Source: Syntrophales bacterium (GTDB taxonomy: Bacteria; Desulfobacterota; Syntrophia; Syntrophales; UBA5619). From it: DNA of 64,000 nucleotides. The notes below the pieces were generated by a model. That model made no database searches and was not told the origin of the DNA. It saw nothing but the letters and a program-made list of their open reading frames with translations. Shown piece by piece: positions 59,072 through 64,000 of this stretch. How positions within the stretch are numbered: the first letter of the stretch is position 1; every line of letters starts with the position of its first letter. The stretch covers positions 228,415 through 292,414 of the forward strand of contig JALNYO010000001.1 of assembly GCA_023229765.1 (NCBI GenBank). Direction: 5' to 3'. The position numbers and the translations under genes were made by a program.

Positions 59072-59938
59072 ATGGATCAGGCGGTGATGCTGAGAAAAAT
59101 GAAAGGCGAAGCGGTTCTGGGAAACGGCAGGTCAGAATCGCCGGAGGGCGGGAGTCCCTCAAAAATAAGGGCAATTGCAGTTACCAGCGGCAAAGGCGGA
59201 GTCGGTAAGACCAATATAGCCGTCAATCTTGCCTTTTTTCTGACGCGGCTGCGCAAGAGGACGCTGATTCTTGACGCCGATACGGGGTTGGCAAATATCG
59301 ATGTAATTCTGGGGTTGACGCCCGAATACAATCTTTATCATGTTCTGAAAGGGGAAAAAACCTTTTCCGAAGCGGTGCTTAAGGGCCCCGGCGGGATCAT
59401 GATTCTGCCCGCCTCATCGGGGATAACGGAAATGGCGGAGCTTTCCGCCGGCCAGAAATTAACGCTGCTGGATGGATTAAGCGATCTTCGCCGCAGGCTT
59501 GATTTCATGTTTATTGACACGGCGGCGGGGATTGCCGGGAATGTCATGTATTTTAACGCCGCGGCGCGGGAAATTATCGTGGTCGTTTCGCCGGAGCCGA
59601 CCTCCCTTACCGACGCTTATGCCCTGATTAAGGTGCTTTATCAGCGACATGCCAAAAAAAGGTTCCGTCTGATCGTAAATATGGTAAAGAGTCAAGCAGA
59701 GGCAAAAGAGGTTTACGGAAGATTAAGCAAGGCGACCGACCATTTTCTTAACCTGACGGTAAATTATCTGGGGCATATTGTCAGCGACGAAAAGGTTACG
59801 GAGGCTGTCCGCAGGCAGAAGGCGGTTGCAGAGCTGTTTCCTGACTCTCCGGCAGGCAGATGCATCCGCGAGATTGCGGAGAAACTGGCCGGTGAACACC
59901 CTGATTACGAGGACGACGGCAACATATCGTTTTTTTGA
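59072..59938 (+). CDS. flhG: MinD-type ATPase FlhG (FleN/YlxH)
   Basis: Deviant Walker A SGKGGVGKT; N-terminal MDQAVMLRK matches the DQAxxLR FlhF-activating helix. Confidence 0.92.
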   Translation: MDQAVMLRKMKGEAVLGNGRSESPEGGSPSKIRAIAVTSGKGGVGKTNIAVNLAFFLTRLRKRTLILDADTGLANIDVILGLTPEYNLYHVLKGEKTFSEAVLKGPGGIMILPASSGITEMAELSAGQKLTLLDGLSDLRRRLDFMFIDTAAGIAGNVMYFNAAAREIIVVVSPEPTSLTDAYALIKVLYQRHAKKRFRLIVNMVKSQAEAKEVYGRLSKATDHFLNLTVNYLGHIVSDEKVTEAVRRQKAVAELFPDSPAGRCIREIAEKLAGEHPDYEDDGNISFF

Positions 59939-59991
59939 AACGGTTTTTCGCCGGCCGTCTATAGATGAGCGCCGAAATCCGGGGATTGGCA

Positions 59992-60702
59992 ATGGATAAG
60001 AAAAGCCGGGACGAACTTATTGTAAAATATTGTCCATTCGTCAAGAATATCGTCTTGAGAATGGCGGCTAAATTTCCCATTGACCGAGCGGATATAGATG
60101 ATCTTGTCAATGTTGGCATTATCGGCTTGATGGGCGCCGTCGAAAAATATGACGCCAAACGCAATGTCCAGTTTGAGACCTTCGCCTACCTGCGGATAAA
60201 AGGGGCGGTGCTGGACGAACTGCGCCAGCGGGATTGGGCGCCCAGATCGGCGCGCAGCAAGGACAGCCATATCGAAAAGGCCCTGTCCGAGCTTCAGAAA
60301 GAACTGGGGCGGCAGCCGGAGGAAGAAGAAATAGCCGGTTATATGGGCGTTTCAATAGAGGAATATCACGAGCTCCTCGGCGACGCCCGCGGCGTTTCCC
60401 TCTTAAGCGCAGAGGATCTTCCCCCCGATTATCTCGAAAAGCACAGCTCCGCGGAGGCGCTGGAGTCTCTCCAAAACGACAATCCCCTGCGAAACCTGCT
60501 CGGCGGCGAGCTGATGGCCGGCTTGAAAAAATCCATAGACGCGCTGCCGGAAAAAGAGCGGCTGGTGCTGTCCCTTTATTACTACGAGGAATTGACGATG
60601 AAAGAGGTCGGCCGGGTCATGGAATTGACGGAATCCCGGGTTTGCCAGCTTCATGCCCAGGCTGTGCTGCGGCTGAGGAGTTTGGTAAAGGATTATCGCT
60701 AA
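59992..60702 (+). CDS. fliA: RNA polymerase sigma-28 factor FliA
   Basis: Region 2 (DDLVNVGIIGLMGAVEKYD...FETFAYLRIKGAVLDELR), region 4 HTH (LTMKEVGRVMELTESRVCQLHAQAV). ATG 59992 has a GGGGA RBS; 59965 is possible. Confidence 0.93.
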   Translation: MDKKSRDELIVKYCPFVKNIVLRMAAKFPIDRADIDDLVNVGIIGLMGAVEKYDAKRNVQFETFAYLRIKGAVLDELRQRDWAPRSARSKDSHIEKALSELQKELGRQPEEEEIAGYMGVSIEEYHELLGDARGVSLLSAEDLPPDYLEKHSSAEALESLQNDNPLRNLLGGELMAGLKKSIDALPEKERLVLSLYYYEELTMKEVGRVMELTESRVCQLHAQAVLRLRSLVKDYR

Positions 60703-60712
60703 AGAGAAGAAA

Positions 60713-61300
60713 ATGACAAAAAAAGTCAGTCTGGACACGCTTGATATTGAAGAACCAACAATCTCTACCAATGAAAGAGGCTTGAAGGAAGAAGAGCAGC
60801 CGCAGAAGCCTCCTGCTCGGTGGTATCGCTCCCGGTTGTTTATAATATCAGGCGCGGTTTTTTTCGTGCTTGTCTGCACAGGCCTGGCCCTGTTCTTTTT
60901 TATGGGCGCGCCCAGGGAGGCGTCTCGTCCCGCGCCTCAAGCGGTTTCCCACGGTGCTGCGGGCGCTCCCGGCAAAGTTGGCGTTATCGGCCGGCCAGGG
61001 ATCATTGTCGAGGAGGTAAAGGATTTTCTGATTCCGCTCAAAGAAGGCAATAGAGACATCCGAATTTTGTCTATGGATTTGGTGTTGGAAATGGATTCTG
61101 CTCGCCAGGGACTGTTCCAGGAGAAGGTTGTTCTCATCAGAGGGGCGATATATAAAGCTGTTAACGGGACAGCGGCGGAGATTACCAGAAGTAAAGAGGG
61201 GATTGAAAAAGTGCGGGCAATAATCATCGATTCTTTGGAAACGCTTCTGGGAAAAGGTTTTGTAAAGAACGTCTGGGTAACCAAATTTGTTGTATTGTAA
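60713..61300 (+). CDS. FliL-like membrane protein (second paralogue)
   Basis: Cytoplasmic acidic head, one TM (LFIISGAVFFVLVCTGLALFFF). Periplasmic domain with the FliL pattern FLIPLKEGNRDIRILSMDLVLEM...IRGAIYKAV...GFVKNVWVTKFVVL (compare fliL ...KVLKVYFTEFIVQ). Confidence 0.65.
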   Translation: MTKKVSLDTLDIEEPTISTNERGLKEEEQPQKPPARWYRSRLFIISGAVFFVLVCTGLALFFFMGAPREASRPAPQAVSHGAAGAPGKVGVIGRPGIIVEEVKDFLIPLKEGNRDIRILSMDLVLEMDSARQGLFQEKVVLIRGAIYKAVNGTAAEITRSKEGIEKVRAIIIDSLETLLGKGFVKNVWVTKFVVL

Positions 61301-61358
61301 CCCCGATTTTGATATGTTCGCCGCAGTATTTTTCTAATCAGGGCAGGGGTGAACGGCA

Positions 61359-62129
61359 ATGGATAACAACGGTCTTTACGAAAAACTCAACGAGCTTTTT
61401 CTTGGCGACATTATGGCGAGGATAATCCCCGGGGCTATTCATAACCTTGCCAACCCGCTCGGCGGCATAATGGGCAGAGTCCAGTTGATGAAGGCGCGCG
61501 TCGCGAAGAGTTTCAAGAGCATCGAGTCGCTTCATCCAGAATTATACAGGGAACTTAGACTCGACAGGATAAAAAATGACGTCGTCATCCTTTCCGGAGA
61601 ATCGGAAATGATGCTTTCGATATTCAGAAACTTCGAGGGGAAGATTTTAGCCCTTTCCGCGCGCGGGCAGGAAAAACTCGACATATCCAAACTGATCGAA
61701 GCGGAGATGAAATTTGCCGATTTCTATCTTGATTTTAAGCACGACGTCAATAAAAGCATGACGTTTAAAGATAATGTGCCTGAGATTTACGGGGAGAGGG
61801 CCGGTTATTCCCTTTGCCTATCGGCTTTGATCAATTCCGCCCGGCAGAGAATGGCGAATATGCCGGAAAAGGAGTTGACGGTTGCTGTCGATTACGATGA
61901 TGTTGAGATCCGTATAGTTTTTCAGGACAGCGGCGAAGAGATTGCCGGCACCTATTACAAGCGCTCTGGTGGGGAAGGAGTTATGCCCGATATAAAAGCG
62001 TTTCCTGTTGCAGAACATGGTTTGTTTTATGCCTTTATGCTTCTTAAAAGCTACGGTTTCCAGATAGAAGTGGTTGCCCGTAGCGGGCGGAACATCATTT
62101 CGCTGCGCCTGCCTTACAAGATAATTTAA
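61359..62129 (+). CDS. orphan soluble histidine-kinase-like protein (H-box present, degenerate ATP-binding domain)
   Basis: NtrB-like H-box IIPGAIHNLANPLGGIMGRVQLM; N-box-like LSALINSARQRM. G1 reduced to QDSGEEI and no recognisable F or G2 boxes (…AEHGLFYAFMLLKSYG…). No sensor domain, no TM. Confidence 0.6.
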   Translation: MDNNGLYEKLNELFLGDIMARIIPGAIHNLANPLGGIMGRVQLMKARVAKSFKSIESLHPELYRELRLDRIKNDVVILSGESEMMLSIFRNFEGKILALSARGQEKLDISKLIEAEMKFADFYLDFKHDVNKSMTFKDNVPEIYGERAGYSLCLSALINSARQRMANMPEKELTVAVDYDDVEIRIVFQDSGEEIAGTYYKRSGGEGVMPDIKAFPVAEHGLFYAFMLLKSYGFQIEVVARSGRNIISLRLPYKII

Positions 62130-62190
62130 TCGAATACGGCCATTTAAAAGGCCCTTTCCCCGCATAATATGTACAAGTGCCGTAAGGTAT

Positions 62191-62218
62191 TAAAGATTTT
62201 AGTTTTGTATGTCGATAA
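62191..62218 (+). promoter_or_regulatory. sigma-28 (FliA)-type promoter
   Basis: TAAAG-N15-GTCGATAA (TAAA 62191-94; GTCGATAA 62211-18; 16 nt between TAAA and the -10 element vs 15 in TAAA-N15-GCCGATAA), about 55 nt upstream of GTG 62273. Confidence 0.65.
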
Positions 62219-62272
62219 CGCCTGTGAAGGGTAAAAACTCATTTTTTGTCCATAATTGCAGGAGGAGCTGCG

Positions 62273-62584
62273 GTGATTAAGGCGATAGATGCGCAGCAGG
62301 TTATTATTCAGACAGAAAAGGCCAACCGGGTTCAGCAGGTGGATCGGCAGCACCCGGAGATGCAGCAGCGGTATCTGGATATCCAGGCACGGGAAGAAAA
62401 AAAACTGCTGCAGAAGGCGATAAAGAGTTCTGAAGAAACTGAGCGTGCCGTTATCAGGGACGAGGAGCAAAAAGAGAACCGTCGGGAACAACAGGGCCGA
62501 CAGGGGCAGGCGTCAGACAGCTTTGGCGAAAATGAGGAAGAGGATATGCCGCAAGAGGGAGGGCATATCAACATCAGAGTGTGA
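62273..62584 (+). CDS. small highly charged Q/E/R-rich hypothetical protein (103 aa)
   Basis: GTG 62273 lies 5 nt after GGAGGAG (62261-67). VIKAIDAQQVIIQTEKANRVQQVDRQHPEMQQRYLDIQAREEKK... predicted disordered/helical. No family recognised. Confidence 0.6.
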   Translation: MIKAIDAQQVIIQTEKANRVQQVDRQHPEMQQRYLDIQAREEKKLLQKAIKSSEETERAVIRDEEQKENRREQQGRQGQASDSFGENEEEDMPQEGGHINIRV

Positions 62585-62585
62585 A

Positions 62586-63059
62586 ATGAGCATTCCCACG
62601 ATATTTGCGTTGCAGATCATTGCCGATTTAATTTTTTGTCTAATTATAGTTTTTTTACTGGCGCGCTTGCGGAAGTCTTTTGACCGGGAAAAGAGCCCGG
62701 CTATCGACCAGGAATTGTTTCTGAAGCTGCAAAATTTGATAAACCAGTCTCAAGGCGACTCGGAGAGATTTCTCGGCAGCCTCGATGAAAATTGTCGGCG
62801 TTTTGAAAAATTGGCACTCAGTCTCGAAGCCCGGGAAAAACAGCTCGCGGCGCTCCTCAAAGAGATCGACCTGAAAATAGGGCAAAGCGAGCCCCCCAAG
62901 CGGAATAATCCGGAGGCAGCAGGCGACAGAGATTATACGTCCATCGCCGGGCTTTTGAAGCGCGGTTTGTCTGTCGAGGAGATTGCGGAGCGCACGGGCG
63001 TCCCCTCTGGGGAGATATCCCTTATCGTCGATCTGGAAACCCTGAAAAAAAGTGAATAA
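62586..63059 (+). CDS. membrane-anchored coiled-coil protein with C-terminal HTH-like motif (DUF2802-like, from memory)
   Basis: ATG 62586, 1 nt after the previous stop. TM IFALQIIADLIFCLIIVFLLA, coiled coil, C-terminus IAGLLKRGLSVEEIAERTGVPSGEISLIVDLE resembling the DUF2802 proteins of gamma-proteobacterial fliA/che clusters. Track start 62445 is in the overlap and unlikely. Confidence 0.6.
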   Translation: MSIPTIFALQIIADLIFCLIIVFLLARLRKSFDREKSPAIDQELFLKLQNLINQSQGDSERFLGSLDENCRRFEKLALSLEAREKQLAALLKEIDLKIGQSEPPKRNNPEAAGDRDYTSIAGLLKRGLSVEEIAERTGVPSGEISLIVDLETLKKSE

Positions 63060-64000
63060 TGATGCCTTCCATACAGATGCCGACAATTTCTCTTTACTCT
63101 GCGGAGGGGACATCCGGGGCCGGTAAGACGACAAGTTCGGCGTTGCCGCTTTCTTTGGGGGAGACCGTGGAGGCGGTTGTTGATGCCAAAACAGGAACAT
63201 CCCGTTTTCTTTTGACAATAAAGAACGGCAGTTTATCCGCGAACTCCGAACTTCCCCTTGCCAAAGGCGAAAGGCTTACAGTCCGGGTTGAGCAGCTCCA
63301 GCCGCAGGTTGTCCTCAGCATCGTCCAGCGCGGGGATCAGTCCTCTTCAATAATAAGCGGCTATGCCGCTTACAGCAGCGCCAACCCGGAGGCGCTGCGG
63401 GATATATTTGCGTTGGGGCGGGAGCTTTTCAGCGAAGGCTCTCTTCTGAACGCGCTTTCGGACAGCGCAAAAAAAATTATTGGGAAAATCGCCAATATTC
63501 TTGATTCATTGATGTTGTCTCCCGCGCCTGGAAAGGATCAATTTTCGTTAAAAAACTATCTGACCAACCTCGGCATGTTTCTGGAATTTGATTTGCGGCA
63601 GGTACTTGCAGGCAAAAAGGATTTAAAAAATCTGAAGCAGGACTCTCTGAAGGGATTGCTGCAGCAACTTTCGACGGAATTGAAGGCGCAGCAGGGGAAG
63701 GAAAACAGCCCGGATAATCTTAAAACTCTGGCGAGGCTGCTTGAGTTTTCGGAAAAGGCCATTAAGACGATTGAAGGAAACCAGATAATCAATATGCAGT
63801 CTGCGGCAAAGGAGGGAGAACTTTTTTTCCAGATACCCGTTTTTTTGCAAAATGACGTCCGAACGGCCGATTTGTTCATCAATACGGAAAAAGAAAAAAA
63901 TGACGCGAGCGGAGGCAAGCGGTATCAGGTCGTCATGTTTTTAAGTCTGGACGCCCTGGGCGAGATGATGGTCGATGCCTCTTTAAATGGCAACAAGCTT
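63059..64000 (+). CDS. second FliK-like (Flg_hook-type) protein, 3' end outside window; not in the ORF track
   Basis: I translated 314 codons from ATG 63059 (TAATG overlap) to nt 64000 without a stop. N-terminus LSLGETVEAVVDAKTGTSRFLLTIKNGSLSANSELPLAKGERLTVRVEQLQPQVVL. Later ELFFQIPVFLQNDVRTADLFIN...YQVVMFLSLDALGEMMVDASLNGNKL resembles the start of a hook-length-control C-terminal domain. Confidence 0.65.
   Translation, partial: MMPSIQMPTISLYSAEGTSGAGKTTSSALPLSLGETVEAVVDAKTGTSRFLLTIKNGSLSANSELPLAKGERLTVRVEQLQPQVVLSIVQRGDQSSSIISGYAAYSSANPEALRDIFALGRELFSEGSLLNALSDSAKKIIGKIANILDSLMLSPAPGKDQFSLKNYLTNLGMFLEFDLRQVLAGKKDLKNLKQDSLKGLLQQLSTELKAQQGKENSPDNLKTLARLLEFSEKAIKTIEGNQIINMQSAAKEGELFFQIPVFLQNDVRTADLFINTEKEKNDASGGKRYQVVMFLSLDALGEMMVDASLNGNKL

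Noticed and set aside
60234-60716. 160-aa Arg-rich ORF in an alternative + frame of fliA. Similar alternative-frame ORFs occur at 3953-4174, 16780-17100 and 35156-35431.
   Set aside because: Out-of-frame overlap with strongly conserved genes, and R/G/A-rich composition typical of off-frame translation.
63094-63918. Three minus-strand ORFs (63094-63321, 63556-63918, 63623-63850) offered by the track at the window end.
   Set aside because: The + strand frame starting at 63059 is open for all 314 codons to the window edge and has coding-like, motif-bearing sequence. The minus ORFs are its shadows.

Overview
The window reads as a Desulfobacterota or Syntrophia-type (delta-proteobacterial) chromosome segment. 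That placement is inferred from gene order and protein sequence character; no database search was possible. The window splits into two parts.

Part 1 (nt 1-30,550) is dense housekeeping:
- argS, a SPOR protein, and the ffh-rpsP-KH-rimM-trmD-rplS-rnhB-yraN run.
- A convergent ugd/uxs (UDP-xylose) pair, then rsmI, pgsA and tRNA-Val(GAC).
- The classic thrS-infC-rpmI-rplT-pheS-pheT-ihfA string followed by a MerR regulator.
- A PxxKW-type Cys-rich gene, a regulatory-PTS remnant (EIID-like, HPr, EI), plsB, eno, ttcA-like, smpB and tmRNA.

Part 2 (nt 30,700-64,000) is a polar-flagellum supercluster:
- A sigma-54-type promoter precedes a SPOR+TPR lipoprotein, a PAS kinase and a sigma-54 activator.
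- Then come flgBC-fliEFGHIJ, a motE-like gene, fliK-flgDE, motA plus two motB-like genes, fliLMNOPQR-flhBAFG-fliA, and a block of uncharacterised genes that runs off the 3' edge.

Features the ORF track misses or mis-starts:
- tRNA-Val and tmRNA.
- The true infC start, which is AUA.
- A 314-codon ORF open to the window end.
- The 5'-truncated first gene.
- Many over-long N-termini.

No CRISPR array, integrase, transposase, restriction or toxin-type defence genes were seen.

The most unusual observations are all inside the flagellar region:
- The flagellar kinase has its phospho-acceptor His replaced by Glu. An orphan kinase-like protein after fliA keeps the His but has a degenerate ATP-binding domain.
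- One of the two tandem MotB paralogues lacks the universally conserved channel Asp.
- FliK carries a 660-nt intragenic duplication with a near-identical core.
- A SPOR/TPR lipoprotein is translationally coupled to the regulators.
- A sigma-28-driven set of unknown genes includes a second FliK-like protein.

All family calls come from motif recognition by eye and memory.
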